Shown: positions 37,934 to 51,975, numbered from the whole stretch's first letter. The stretch: 63,544 nt of DNA, filler included, from Choristocarpus tenellus KU-1152 (GCA_964200185.2; 15 parts of 15 records of this genome joined end to end with filler, not necessarily neighbours in it); one strand, 5' to 3'. Numbers and translations: made by a program. The notes: generated by a model not told the origin, from the letters alone.

Positions 37934-40690
37934 CTTGAGCAGTCAAATGGCACCCCAGACCCAAGAAATGTTATAGTAACCACAGAAGAAAGATCCCAAA
38001 CTGGTATTTGCAGCTTTGATTTGGTACGTGTACCCATAATTGTACACATAAAACATAATTGAACCAGAAGAACTATCGAAAGTGTGGTCTGAAAGCCAAT
38101 CCAAAAGAGAAGAAAATAAAAAATTGGACCTAGTATGTCCAAAAAAAGGATAGTTCCATCAATCAAGCCCGCAAAGAGAAGAAAAGACAAACGAACAAAA
38201 AGAAAAAAGTACAGTTCAAGGATCAGCTCCTCCAGTATGAAGGATTATTATAATTGGTTCAAGAAGGTCCACATATCCACATCCACTTTAGAAGAGCAAC
38301 TATTTCGGTTAAGTTTGACGTATGTGAGATAGCAATGCATCCCATCCAACTACTGTACGTGGGTAGCATGACAACACTCACTCCACTTCACATTTCATAC
38401 AAAACACATTGCCACAAGTGAAGTATAAATGTGGGCCTGAAAAATATAAAATGCTACCAAAAAACAAAGAAAAGGGAAAGAAAAAATACATTTAACTCGT
38501 CCCCCCGTCCCAACCAGCCAGTCTGGATAATATGTTTCATCCGGAAAATTTGTTAAATTTGTTACTTTTGCTACTCTACAGTAGTCTTACAGTAGTCTTA
38601 CAGTAGTCTCTTCGCATTAGCCTGATGGGGGTCCCTTCTTGGTCATGGTCAAAAATTAGTTTTGGGAGGAGAAACAACACTTTGCTTGAGAAAATATAAT
38701 GTGCTGCAAAGACATAAAAATAAAGAAAAATTAATGTAGGTAAGAAGATGTATCCAAGAGAATCCCAGGCTTTAAAGCAATATTGTCCAACAACTAGGAC
38801 AGGTCACCATAAACATTGTCAAACACTGCCAGGTCCTACAGGAAACGTGCATTTAAATGCCCTAACCATTAGCATCGCCATTCTTACCCAACTTGAGCTA
38901 TATTCCCTGTCTATTGTTGATAGGTGCCTGGCTTAATTAGCTACCAGAGACCAGCCACCATGAGAACAATCACTGCTGGATTAGCACGTCCTGGATGAAA
39001 GATTGGAGATGGAAGGAGGGCTGGGGCATGGAAAAACAAATCTGGGCAGATAGCACCAAAGGAGGGGGGATCACTTTTCCCGAAGAAAATGACCAATAGA
39101 AGAGTGTTTGTCAGGGAGTTAACGAGGAATTGTATTGGAGCCCAAATAGGGGGTTGTGGTATGGCATAACAAAGAGAGATATCAAAATAGCGTATCATGA
39201 TGTATGTGGACAGGGTTAGACTGGAAGAAATATTGGGCTAGGGGGAAAGGATAAATATAACAAAAAAATGTACATTACAAATGCTTTTGTAAATAAAAAT
39301 ATCGCAAGTGAATCGATGGTAGAGAGATGTAAGTATGGAGATGAAAAATGGACATTACACCCACAAATTAGGTAGGGAGAAAGGGGCACTCATGGGAGGG
39401 GTGTTCCTCAAACACATCACACATAGAGAGAACAAGTAAGGCGTCAAAGAAAAGAGAGACACAGAAGAAGCAAAAACGATAATGCCTTGACTGTCTTGTG
39501 GAACTCTGCCCTTGTTTCTAGACTGCCTTCATAATGTCAGCCTAGGAGTACGTTCAGCTCCATGTGTCATCATACTCCGAGTATATTTTTAGGTTATTTT
39601 CAGAAAAAATGCAACTACGACTACATAGGTTCCTACTATTGACAGAGATCTTTCTATCAGCAAAAAGACTGTTGTATTCTCCTCCATGTATATGGAGTAA
39701 TGAGATCCCTGCTTCGTTTTCTCTTTCTACATATGGAAATATTCCCAACATCATGCTCACAGGAACCTATGGAGCTTACGCAGTTACACGTGTTTTTATT
39801 CCCAGTAGAGCAATGGACGCATAATAGCGTGTTTGGGTGGTCGTGTCTACTTACTCTGGCAGATTTCCTCCAAGGTCCGGATTTCCAGTCTTTCCACTTA
39901 CCCCAAACGAAGTGTTAGTTCTAGCAATAGTATCATATTATAAGAAAATATAGTATCAACAGTATTAAATTGTGATGGTGCTGGTGTTAACTACGAAAAT
40001 AATATAGCGATGGGTACAACCTCAAATAAAAAAGAAACCAATCTTGGTGAACTGGATAGATCGCATCGTGTCATTTCATACACAAATATACAAGTACATG
40101 AGCATTACTCAGCACCAATGCAGTATAGTACTTTGAAGTATTACAAACCTTGGCTTATTGCTCCAGGATTGCTAAAGTATATTCTATCCAACCCCTCGTT
40201 CATCGATGCTTGGGTCGGTCTCCTTGTTTTGCCCTCTCTTCCCAGCTCTAGAGAAGGCGATTTCTGGCATGCTTGTCCAGGCTGCTTCGAGCGACCGTGG
40301 GCTATGTCTTTAATGTTTCTTGTGTTTTTATACTGGGACTGTAGAGCTCGTAGTAGTGTTAATTATCACCACCGAGATATCTGTGTATTAAATGCCGTGC
40401 CTGGGTTAGTTGTTTTTGATTTCCTTCTGATCGATGTGGAAAAAATGTGCTGCTGTGACTAGTATCAGTCTCAGCAACCCCTAAGTTAATCAATCCCATC
40501 ATTAAAGGATGCCAGAATACTTTCAACGCCATGTATCTCATCACAACTCACCCAAATTTTGAACGTGGAAATATTCACAACACAGTGGCTCTATCTAGGC
40601 GTGTCATGCGTTTTAAGCTGGAGAAACCAGGAAGATGGGCAAGGAGGGGCTTGATAGATTCTTGGGATGCTTCCCTAGCTCCTCACCCTG

Positions 40691-40730
40691 GACCCAAAGT
40701 ATCTGGGGGGGGGGGGGGGGGGGCATCAAC
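40691..40730 (+). mobile_element. MITE family B end near contig break
   Basis: GACCCAAAGTATCT followed by poly-G. Confidence 0.75.
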
Positions 40731-42694
40731 GGAGGGCGATCTTTCCAAAAAAAAAAAGAATAGGCACAGATTATAACCCACAACTAACGTCAACAAAANN
40801 NNNNNNNNNNNNNNNNNNNNNNNNNNNNNNNNNNNNNNNNNNTTAATTAATTAANNNNNNNNNNNNNNNNNNNNNNNNNNNNNNNNNNNNNNNNNNNNCT
40901 CCCAGATAATTTGGGTTATGATTTCCTCTATTCATGTGTGCAAAACACTACTCTGGCCACATCACCATCAACTGTCGATACTCAGTCTAGTCTGTGTGGT
41001 ATTTGTTGCAGCATTATTTTCTTGTGGCTGGTGCCTTCGAAAGATTTTGTTGACCTTGACGAAGGCTGCAGTTAGGATATGGAGATACTTCATCCCCCAG
41101 CCCCTCGACAGGGATGCCCCTCCTGAGGATTTGGGGTTCCAAGTGATGATGGCAATTAGGTGAGCACATTGTTGCGATTCTTCTCTATCCTACCACTGCA
41201 ATGTGTCTTGCTGTAATGATCTGTTGCCCTTAGACACTTCTAGCAAGGTGAAGGAAGGCAACCAGTCCTCCAAGGAGATGGTTCCTTCCTACTGATATTT
41301 TTTAGATGGGCTTCCTTCCAGGTATTGGACTGAATTCAGTCAGTCCATGGCAATTACTGACCTCGTGGATGGATGTCGTTTACTACCACATGCCTTTTTG
41401 ATAAATCCCCAACACAGCACCTTGTCCGAAACATAATCTACTACAACCCACTTCTCTTTGCCCGTGTCCTGCAGGAGCTTTAATTCTACCCCAAGCTCAC
41501 ATTCTCTCCCCACCTATCCCACGTCCTGCTCCAGACTCTGCAGCAGCGCAATGTAAAACAATAGTGTGTGTCATTATCATCAGTGTGCACAGCAAGCAGC
41601 AATAATGAGCACAGGAGGGTGGACAACTGCAGGAGGCATGCCACTTGTTCACTCTCTCCCTGTGTATTTTTATATGTTTCCATTGCACTGTGCTTCATTT
41701 GTTATTGCTGTATATTTCTCTTTCATTGATTCCGGATGATCTTTAGCAGGTCTTAAAACAAGGAGTGTTGAGGGGCGCCTCAATCTGTCTAGAGTATATC
41801 CAGGTCTGATCTTTCTAACTTGAATGGAGTGTTTTTGCCCTTAAATTGAGCTCGATTTATGTGTCCATATGTTTATCTGTCTAGGAATACAGTGATACAC
41901 GAGGGTAGTGCACCCACTTGCAATCATGGTACATATCATTTAGAATTTATACATCGAAGAAAAACATTGATGTTGTTTGGATTAAATATCATTACCAATA
42001 TCAGGTGCAAATGTCTCCATTGCTGTCAAATGCACTGAGGTGGTCTGACTAGTTGTTCTCTGAACCTAAAGTGTGAAGCTGAGATTATACTGCCATAGTG
42101 ACAAGGTGCTCCCCACATGTTTTCTGAAGTATGGGATTGTGGTAGGCAACATTTTAATATCAAAACAGCTTTTCATGCTCAGAGTACTACATTGACAAGA
42201 ACTACACAGCGGAATAAATAGTGCAGAAGCTTAGTCACTGGTCCTCATTTGACGTGCTTGAGGATTTTGTTTAGCATGAACACATGGGCGAGGTTACGTG
42301 ATGCTCAGGCAATAACGAACATCTGAACATCGGAAACAAATCAGCCGGAGCATCTAAGCCCTCGTAATGAAGGCTACAGACTTATTCTAAAAATCATGTT
42401 CTCTCCCCGGATCCACGTGAGTCTCGAACAACCATCTCTTGCTGAATACGTTCGTGAGTCTCCCTCCTCGAGCTTGCCAGCCTCTTCTGTCATCAGAGTG
42501 GCCTGCAAGCAGATGGGTGTCGAGCCTCTGGGTACGTCCTGTCAGTGTCATGCAGTGGGTGGGGAAAGGAAAAAATATAGAAAAGGGATGCAGTATTGAT
42601 CGCTCCATACCGACTTTTGGATTGTCAAAGCTACATTGAATGCTACGATGGTGAAAGGGTGAAAGTCTGAGTTGAGAACCAAGCGGGTGCTTAC

Positions 42695-43111
42695 CCGCGC
42701 CATATTCATCCCCTCAATTGCAACGAGCCTCGCAGATGTCAAACTATCATCGTGCTCTTGCCCCTGGGCCCCGCCCACAGCTGCTGAAGCAGGAGTCAGT
42801 TCTACCCCTTCCGGTGTTATCAGCGGGTCTTCCGTCCAATTGAGCCTCAGCACTATCTCGAATAGGCTCTCTTGGCCACTAAAACACACACGCACCTTGT
42901 CACCATGAATACAAAACGTACTCACTTCTTGGGGGGTCGAAGGATTTTGCCAGGACTGTGTGATGTGCAGGGTGTGTTGCGCTATCAAGAAAAGGGAGTC
43001 GAGTCGCACGTGCAGTATTGTGAAAATGGTGGCAAGGACTTGCTTCTCCTCATTAGAGTTAGCGCTGACTACATACTTGTACGAAAGTTTACGAAACGAC
43101 ATCATTATCAT
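42695..43111 (-). CDS. Possible exon(s) of an uncharacterised gene
   Basis: Part of a 187-aa ORF with a good donor (cgg|gtaagc); no recognised domain. Confidence 0.3.
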
Positions 43112-43599
43112 TTTGTTTCAGTATAAACGCCAGCCCAGGTGATCATCAATGTGCGAGACAAAACAACAATAAATATTGACATAAAAACATAATGTAGAGT
43201 GTCACTAACAAGAGTAAATAGTATCAATAGTACTTGGTGCATTGTTGTTTATATCCCCCCATCATCAATGGCCAGGTCAATTCTTCACACACGACATGGC
43301 CATACGAACTGCCCCAAGTATTCACTAAGGAGTAGTCTATTATATTACTACCTCTGTGCCATAAGTTTGTGCCACAACACATCTGGGGTTGCCGAGCGAG
43401 AACGACGCCGAATCGGACGATAACCCATAGAATGAAATCGGGTCGACAATCTCAGCTTTCAGAGAAGGTGAGGATCGAGGATCATCAGGTACAAACTCAA
43501 GGTACTTCAAGCCGTCAAAGCAGGGGTCTTTGGGGGTGATTTTGAGGCCAGAACTGGGCATGTCGAGGGTCAGAATGTTGGCATAGCAACCCCCCCGTC

Positions 43600-44221
43600 A
43601 ACCCTCCCACGTAGGAAGGGTGCCCAAGTGTCCCTGAATACCAGGGTTGCGATTGCAGTGTGGCACGTCCTCGCGATGGTCCCTGATGAGCATAAACTGC
43701 CACAACAAGTTGGGCTGGCCCTCGCAGGGGAGTTTGGAGTGTCCAAGCGTTACATGCAATCAGCTTGCCGGTGGCCACACGCTTGACCTAGGGGTGGTGG
43801 CACGTAGTGGGTGGCCTCCGTAATCCACATCGACCGAGATGGCCCCAATACATAGTATCAACTCCGATAATCGGTCATCCACAGTGCATCAGGTGACGAT
43901 GAAGATGCCCGCCAAGGGGCTGAAATATAGTGCGAGCACCATAAATAGGTGGTTGGATGATATGGGGGTCATGCTGAGTCACCGCTGGATTAAACCCAAG
44001 CTTGAATCATGGCAAAAGGTATGGAGAATGGATTTTGTTCGGGATCAAGTGGACCGGAAATGTGGTGTGTATGCCTCCATGGGGAACACGATCCATGTGG
44101 ATGAAACCTGGTTTTATGTGGTGACTGATGGGGAAAGGGTTGGTTAGGGAATTTCCACACGAGGATGATAGCAAACTTCCAGGGTCCCCTACGGTGCAGC
44201 ACAAGAGTCATATCTCCAAAA
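43600..44221 (+). pseudogene. Mariner-like transposase (plant-type DD39D group) remnant, interrupted by a family A MITE
   Basis: HTH-like 'LAGEFGVSKRYM', 'STINRWL..WIKPKL..QK..RMDF', first catalytic Asp in 'IHVDETWFYV', then 'TVQHKSHISK'. Confidence 0.8.
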
Positions 44222-44289
44222 GAGCCAAAGTATCTTAGAGGGTAGAGCCGCGTCCATTTGGGGGTCAAAATGCAATGTTGTGATTTTGA
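44222..44289 (+). mobile_element. MITE family A left end at contig break
   Basis: GAGCCAAAGTATCTTAGAGGGTAGAGCCGCGTCCATTTGGGG. Confidence 0.9.
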
Positions 44290-44460
44290 NNNNNNNNNNN
44301 NNNNNNNNNNNNNNNNNNNNNNNNNNNNNNNNNTTAATTAATTAANNNNNNNNNNNNNNNNNNNNNNNNNNNNNNNNNNNNNNNNNNNNTTGAGAAGGCG
44401 GGTGAGTCGAAATTAGCTGTACCCACTGGTCCACTACCACCTTCACTCTCCACAGCCTAC

Positions 44461-44760
44461 CTCTGCTCCATCTAGCTCTCTAAGCCCAGGCAAGAGGGAG
44501 ACAACATGGGCCCGGTAATTGGGCATCCACCGCACAGGGTTTCCTCTCAGGCTGAGGGCCTCAAGAAGGGGCAGGGACGACAGGGGTTCCAGATCAGACA
44601 CGTAGCGGAGGAGGTTATCAGCAAGGCCCAGCACGCACAATTTCTGGAATGATCCCAGTCCGTGGAGTGAGGCGAGACTGTTGTTGCTAAGGAAGAGCGA
44701 CACCGTCTCTGGGAAGACACTTGGTGGAACGCCATCCAAGGTGGTTATGTGTTTGCCGAC
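44461..44760 (-). CDS. Leucine-rich-repeat (SDS22/U2A'-like LRR plus LRRcap) protein, exon 2
   Basis: LFLSNNSL..L, LGLADNLL, LSLRGNPV..PNYRAHVVSLLPGLRELDG; CAG/GTAGG boundaries. Confidence 0.9.
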
Positions 44761-45643
44761 CTGTGGTTAAATGTGTGAGTTTAATTATGGAGTTATGATT
44801 TATTTTTTTTCCTTTTTTTTGGTTCAGTGTATTAACAAGAGCGGGGGAATATCAACGGATTCAGTGACAGCAACAAGAGGACAGACTGGTGTCCAATTGG
44901 ATATGCATACATCTGCAAGGACTTTCAGTTAGGAATTACCCCCAGCTTGTGTGGCCACATCATGCGCAACAAGTGGTGATATCACAGGCTGTTTGTTGCA
45001 TGACCCCAGCATGAATTTTCAAGAAATTGTGACAGTTTTTGCACCAAGAAAACGTGGCATATTGCCTGGAGACCGCATAAAAGCTGGAGAGAGGAATAGA
45101 AAGCGTGTTGTAGCGTTGCATGTATGGGGGAAGGGGGGGTGTACCGGGCACAGCACATGGCCAAGTATCAGAGGTTGAATCACAACAACACAAGTAAGCG
45201 CCAAGGATAGGTAGAGTGATATCTAGCACCAATAGTAGGAACGCAGAATATGCTGGGGAGCCAAGGAAGCACATGGATAGGAAAATAGGAAAGCGCTACT
45301 ATGTGTGAGTTAGATTTTACAAGGGCAGTCCAGACAGGATGGAGAAATGGCAATGACAATAAACTCTTCAACACACATCTGAACAACAGCTAAGCCACAG
45401 AAGGGCAATATATATTGCCGTACAATATGCTTTGACTGGAAAAGGTCCATCATGCGAGGAAAACGCTAATGCTAAGTATGTCCATGTACTGCAAGAAAAT
45501 CAACGTCTTATGAAACAACCAAAAACTAGACATACACGCCACAACTTGATAAGGTAGAGATATTTCTGAGGTGAAACAAGAGAAAAGCGACAAAGAAATA
45601 GGCGCAAGCAAAAACCCCCACCAAAGCAAGTTCTCCCTCTCAC

Positions 45644-46537
45644 CGCGGACACCTTGGAACCACCCTTGAGTAGGAGTCCGCCTGTGGTACGCAGCACATG
45701 CCCTAGGGAGACATTCCCTTCCTCGATCGTTAGCAATTTCCGCTGGTGCTTCCCACTCCGCACAGTTGCTTTTCCTCTGCTTTTCCGTCCCATCGCTATC
45801 GATCCTCCGACATGACGTCTCTCAAGACCAGCTTCGTCGCTTTCCCGCCCTAACATGTGCTGCTGTCCAGCTTGCTTCACCTCGTCCAGACCGGGCACAC
45901 GGGAAGAAAACTGTCCAGGTCCACAAACCTGTAGCGACAAACCACCGCACCGCTTCTCTTGATGGTTTCCAACATCAATATCTCCAGATCCGCCACTTGC
46001 ACCTCCAGAAAAGGTGTCGAGTCCTATAGACTGCGCCTCCTCCCAGAAGAGTGCACTAGACTCTTGGGCGCTACGACTCTTGGTGGTGCTACCTGCATGC
46101 CCTCCTCGGCATATTTTAGATTCTTCTTTTACCTTCTGCTCCTCATTGGATATTTCACCCGCCATCCCTCTACTCCCCCATAATTTACCTTTCCCTCTCG
46201 TCTCATTTTGCTCATCGACAATGTACCGGGGTGGTTGTGGTTGGGGAGGATGCAGGGCTTTTGTGCGACTTAATGATGCAGGACTAGGTGCACTAAATCT
46301 TTTCAATACCGTTGCAGGTTTATCCCCCCCACAGCTATCTAGGACGGTTGTTTCCAGCCCCCAGGAGGTGGAACCGCCAACGGGCGAAGGGAGGGGTAGC
46401 GGCAAGGGAGGTTGTTGAGGCTGTGGCAACGTCTCTGAATCACAATGTTTAATAACGGATTCGGGCATGACGACCTCCCCGACATCCTTCAACTTTCGCT
46501 GAAGGAAGATCCCTACATAAGTGGCCCTGTCGTCCAT
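45644..46537 (-). CDS. Same LRR protein, probable first exon (low-complexity N-terminus)
   Basis: Long GC-rich ORF with an upstream in-frame stop; donor gcg|gtgaga gives KVSA-VGKHITTL in phase 0. Confidence 0.7.
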
Positions 46538-47844
46538 GCAGGGATAATGATGTCAACCTTCCCAGCTGCCCCAGCCGTTTCAGCTCATCTTGGACGGGTC
46601 CCTTAGGCACAATGCCTCAGTTTCTGAGGAGGATAATCCTCAGAAACGGAACGAGCAGAATATAATTCGTAATACCTCCTCCTTTCCCTTTGACCTTTTC
46701 CCCTTCCACCCCTCGACCCCTTCATCCCATACCTTGTTACTTGATACTATGTTAGTACTTGTTCCTACTAGTACTGTTGTTGTACTAAATCACTATAGAT
46801 GCTGATTCAAAATTTCAATTGGGTTTGTACTAGACCTCAGAAGCCTTTTTTGGAAAGGAAAAATCTAAAATACCCAACGGGCTTGTCGTTGTCTCTCCCT
46901 CACCTTCTTCGGTCTTCAATCACAATTGCGACTAACCCTGCTGCAGTGAAGTAGACCGCAACTAATGTACCATACTAATGGGCGCCAAGCCGTTCTAAGC
47001 GATGTCACCAACCGCCATCAACAACACGTAAACCATATGAAGCCCCAACAAGACTCCAATTTTGGAGGGTGCAACTCATTCCTTCCCCTGCAAACGCCGC
47101 CACCACCGCCCCCCCCACCGCCTCAGTCCCAGATCCAGCTCCATCCCCCGCAAAATAACTTTGTCGATCTTTCCGTTCAGTTACCATTTACGCACACNNN
47201 NNNNNNNNNNNNNNNNNNNNNNNNNNNNNNNNNNNNNNNNNTTAATTAATTAANNNNNNNNNNNNNNNNNNNNNNNNNNNNNNNNNNNNNNNNNNNNGGG
47301 TTTGGGGAGGGGGGCGGGAGGTGCTGGGCATGGTGGGGGGGAAGGGGTTGTATAGCGGTGCGTGTTCAAAAGAGAGAATGCCATATAATGTAGGAAAACC
47401 GCTTCGCCTAAGGATGTCCATTGATGGGCAGTGGTGGTGCAGATAGACAATACTGCAGCAGTCAGAATGTCATGTGATAAGTAAGTCAGAGGCCCGGTAG
47501 AGTATCTAACACTAGTTTGAGGACTTGGGTTGCAATCCACGAGATTGTAGGTATTGAGTATGCCACTTCCAAAGTGCATCTTTGCAATGTGGGCCAGGTT
47601 GCGCTTGAATTCAAGATATCTTGGGGAAGTTCAGGCTGATAGTACTTATCATTTTTTGTACTCCAGAGTATCAGAGAATGTTTTGGGAGTCTCAACAAGG
47701 CCGAGCACAGAGATAGAATGACTTCAAGGCCACGATCAGGGCTGGGAACTAAGTTTATGCCAAGGTAAGAAAATCTCAAGTTCTCTCAAGGCATGTAAAT
47801 TCTAGCATGCAAAAAAACAGTACTCGGTTGACATTTTCATTATG

Positions 47845-48103
47845 GCGTGAAAATATCTTAGAGGGTACAAGTTTTGCCCTGTTTGTCCATTTGGGGCTTG
47901 GCTTCCCTTGGGTTTTTCTATGTCACTTCCCTACTCCAAGATATTTCGAAGTAAGTAAAATGTATACGTTATGAAAAGGTGTGTCCGCAACAAGGATATT
48001 GACACTTCCTAATAAACACGATAGTAAAAATTAAATCAAAATCGCAACATCGGATTTTGGACTCCAAATGGACGCGGCTCGACCCTCTAAGATACTTTGG
48101 CTC
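47845..48103 (-). mobile_element. MITE family A, full copy, within a probable LINE remnant ('FSYLGI')
   Basis: GCGTGAAAATATCTTAGAGGG...CCCTCTAAGATACTTTGGCTC; flanks atg/acg. Confidence 0.88.
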
Positions 48104-48790
48104 ACGACTAAATTTTTTTTTGGTAGAGATGGCTAGCACTAAGAAGTTTGTTGTGAGGTTGGCTTCACTGCTCCCATTTTTTTCTCTAGGATTCCAAAAC
48201 CCAGAAGCAATCACTCCCTATGCGGACAGAGTCAATCAGAGTGTCATGCTCTAACAAATGTTTTTTAACCCAACTCCTCTCCAATCCCAAGAAAATTTGA
48301 ACTATGTTGACAAGATTTTGGAGAGGGTTTCGTCTCATGGTGAAATAATGAATCCTGCTAGGTATATTGTTCTATCCTGGGCAGAAGACAAGACAGCACA
48401 ACTGTACCAAAGAACGTTCTAGTGGAGATTAACACTTAACAAGCACTGTGTGATAAAGACAACTCACAATAAGCCTGAGATCCATGTCATTGAGGCTGAG
48501 CACATACTTGGTCTCAAACACATGCTTGCGGTAGAAATCCTGCCATCATGGTGAGTCAGGGTCAGAGGGTCTGCCACCAGTATCGAGCAACAAAATTGAG
48601 ATGGGATCGGTCTGGTGCTACAGCAGCAAGCTCACAAGTAGGTCGATAGGGTGACATATATGTAGTTAGGGAGGAGGCAAATCGTGCTATTCCTGTGGAA
48701 AGTAACACTTTGAACTTGAGATGAAATGAAGCGAAGTCAAGCGTGGTTTTTGGAAATCGGACAGTCTGTACGTGGTGGAGAAATATTTTT

Positions 48791-49033
48791 TCATCGCTTC
48801 ACCTCCAATCGATCCTTCAGTCCAACTTCTTCGAGGAAATCGGGAAGGTTTGGGAGATTCTCCTCTTCCAGTACTGTCTTTATTGTCTCTTCGTGGATGT
48901 ACTTGTCGAGGAGGGAGCCCACCCCTCTTCTTCCACCCCGATCGTCCTTTCCCACTCTCCTCACCGAGGCATCCACGATATTGTCAGTAACCAGCGCAGG
49001 CCAAACTATTGCTAGGGCTAGCGTAGGTGCCAT
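48791..49033 (-). CDS. Short ORF with a SAM-domain-like segment (possibly a gene fragment)
   Basis: LLDKYIHEE..LEEENLPNLPDFLEEVGLKDRLEVKR resembles the SAM helix pattern. Confidence 0.3.
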   Translation of the reverse strand: MAPTLALAIVWPALVTDNIVDASVRRVGKDDRGGRRGVGSLLDKYIHEETIKTVLEEENLPNLPDFLEEVGLKDRLEVKR

Positions 49034-49449
49034 GCCTAAGGGGTTAAGGGAACTTATTTACGAAAACTCAACAACCTGAATTACCTACTTCGCAAATATT
49101 GGAAGACTTGCAAGAAATATTGTCTGTTTGTGAGAGAGAGCTTTGGACAATGTGCGAGGTACAATGACTTTAGAGAGCGTTGCAGGAGTTTGTTTCAGTC
49201 AGACTTTTCCTCCCTCGCCATCGTCAAGTCATTGTTAGGAAATACACACACAAATTATATGCAGTATAAGGGAATAATCACAGAGATAACTTTCTACTAC
49301 TACTTCGCATTCACCATGCGGGATGGGTAAATCGCATATCTCCAATCAGTGTGCTCAGCATATTGAGAAGAACCAACATACCGAGCAATTTTAAGCTTCT
49401 TCTTCCCATGGTTTGCGTAGAGACAATTCTTCGCCCTGTGTCAATCGTT

Positions 49450-50270
49450 GGAAAGAAGAGAGCGACAGAATGGGGTAAGGATTCTTGATGCTAGTGCATA
49501 TGGTATATTTATGAGGACAACGGTTACACATCACGGACAGTTTTTTGCGTTGTCCAACCACGTACTGACTTGAAAATCGAAATAGGCATTTTTTGAATCG
49601 TCGGTCAGCGCTTATCATAGTACATGTCCCTGGTTGCTAACGAAGTGAATGCGACATGAGCTGCTCTCGTCACTCTGTCTGTGAATAGGTATAACGTACG
49701 AGGGAGAGAAATAACAATTTCGTCCATCATACGTCCACTGCAGGAGTAGTATGAGACAGCAACCGTAGTGTCAGGTGTTGTGTGCTTCCATAGTCGGACC
49801 GTCAAAAGTTGAAGGGGCAAACGGTTCACAGCAGCACCCGAAATAGTCTTCGAAAAGTGTAATGGAGGCGGGGAGTTGTGAAGAAGAGAAAAATGTTGTG
49901 TCAACGAAGTTATTACATCTCTTACGGATTCCACCTTCGCAGAGGAAGTCTGAAGATGTGTTTGAGATAGGCAATGGACTGCGTTGCACAGTCTTTGTTC
50001 AGCAACTGGACGTCAAGAGCAGGTGGGATAGATTTACACGAGGAAGAATATTTTGCATGTAGCATCTAGCGCCACAAAAACATGTTGACCTTTCCATATG
50101 CTTGGAACGAAGATGAGAGAGAAAGATATCCTGATAGCGCAAAAATAAAGCACAAACTTCGGCAATTATCCACTTGTCTGACTTTGTGGCGACTTGCCCA
50201 CACCTTAACTGGCGGTGGTAAGGGCTATTCCCTGAAATGAATGATTGTCCAAGAACCTGAGAAATGGACA
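49450..50270 (-). pseudogene. piggyBac-type transposase fossil
   Basis: Collinear degenerate motifs: W..IAEVCALF, MQNILPR, VRDVITSLTQHF..NSPPPLHF (KIRP..L..F..Y.P..LSIDE), W...D...SYY..SG, RTLYLFTDR..LATRDMY. Confidence 0.6.
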
Positions 50271-51411
50271 AAGTAACCTAGAAGATTTTGAAGTACTCCA
50301 ACATTATGGTAGAGCCCTTCAGATTTTACTATTGATATTGTTTTCGAAGAACAACAGGCGAGTGTCGGACAAGAGCAATATTCCTACTACGACATCTCCC
50401 TCCCTCTTGACCTGGTTCTATTCGCACTTCCCCTCTGCAAATGATATGGCGTAGGTCTAGTCTTGCAATGTGTTGCGAGCTGTATAGTATCTTCACGGGA
50501 TCTCAGCTATACCTGACAGGAAATAGTGTGAACGATCTCTACATCGTACTCACAGGCCGACTGGACTTCGAGGTGAGTATCCTATCTACCTCATTTAGTA
50601 ACTCTTTGATAAGGAGTTCCCCTACCCCCATTCACGAGCCCAATTGATACAAGCAATCAATTAAATCGGGATACAGTATTGTCTCAGTTATTGCAATGTT
50701 ATTGGTCTATAAGTCTACCCAATCCTTCGAAGGCCTCAGTGCATGGGCAGTGCCAATTCAAATTTTGACCTGATGTATCTGTGTGGATGTCTTCATAGAG
50801 AGCACACCATATTTTCATAGCAAAATATTCTTGACCTGGCAACAACATTCAGATTTTTTTCTGCCACTTTCTGCCCCCTTGCAAACATGGTCCAAAGAGA
50901 GATGTAATGCAATACAAGTGATTGCAGCATGTATTGCTCAACAAGGGGTGATGCATCCTCCCTCCTCCTATTTTTCATGCCTTAACTATTGCATTGCTGA
51001 TATACCTTTTCTGTCTAGGTCCAATCCAGCCCCTGCCCCAAACGTTGATAAGTCAATGATGAAAATATCACACCCTCATCGTGCTCTCGCCAAATCAAAA
51101 CCTAGATATCTTTTTTGTGCTGCTCCTCCTCTATTCGATATCTTTAAGGTCATCCTCACCCAGTAGGTTTCTATGCTGTCATGAAAAAACATACTCCCTG
51201 ACATGCCATGTACCACAATGCTTTGCATGGCACAAGGTTGAGGGTCTCTCGTTTGGGACAGGCGACACTATCGGCTTTCGTACATCAAACTGTCCTTCAT
51301 TCGAGATCATGACTAGAAATAAGGTCGTCACCTGCAGAGAAGATGGGTGGGCTGTCAGGGTAGCTCACAGTGATTGCATGAGGGTGAGAAGAACTGAAAA
51401 CGGCACCAATA

Positions 51412-51675
51412 GACCCAAAGTATCAGGGGGGGGGGGGGAGGAAAAAAAAAAAAAAAAACCAAAAGAACAAAAACAAAAAAAAAAAAACATAANNNNNNNN
51501 NNAAAACAAAGGGGGGGAGGGGGTGGGGGGATGGGGTCTACACCAGAGTGTCCATTTGGACCAAAACCAAGAAAAGTGCACTTTCATTATCCATCCAACG
51601 CATGGAACCAAATCAACCAAAAAAGGCGACATGAGAAAATTGGCCCCAAATGGACGGCCGCCACCCCCCCCAGAT
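51412..51675 (+). mobile_element. MITE family B copy spanning a 10-N gap in its poly-G tract
   Basis: GACCCAAAGTATC...TCTACACCAGAGTGTCCATTTGG...AAATGGACGGCCGCCACCCCCCCCAGATA. Confidence 0.85.
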
Positions 51676-51723
51676 AATTGCGTCATAGTAATATGACCCT
51701 TACAGGAAAGCTGCTCATATTCA

Positions 51724-51975
51724 GAGCCAAAATATCTTAGAGGGTAGGGCCGCATCCATTTGGGGGCCAAGATCCAATGTTGTGATTTTGATATAATCTT
51801 GGCTATTGTGTTTGTTAGGAAGTGTCAATATCCATGTTGCTGATACATCTTAATAATGTGTACATTTTACCTACTCCCAAACATTTTGGAGTAGGAAAAA
51901 GTAAAAAAAAATTGGAAGCCAAGCCCCAAATGGACAAACAGGGCAAAACTCGTACCCTCTAAGATACTTTCACTC
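51724..51975 (+). mobile_element. MITE family A, full copy, TTCA target duplication
   Basis: ttca|GAGCCAAAATATCTTAGAGGG...GATACTTTCACTC|ttca. Confidence 0.92.

Noticed and set aside
49450-49700. DIRS tyrosine recombinase C-terminus
   Set aside because: Upstream collinear motifs fit a piggyBac transposase better
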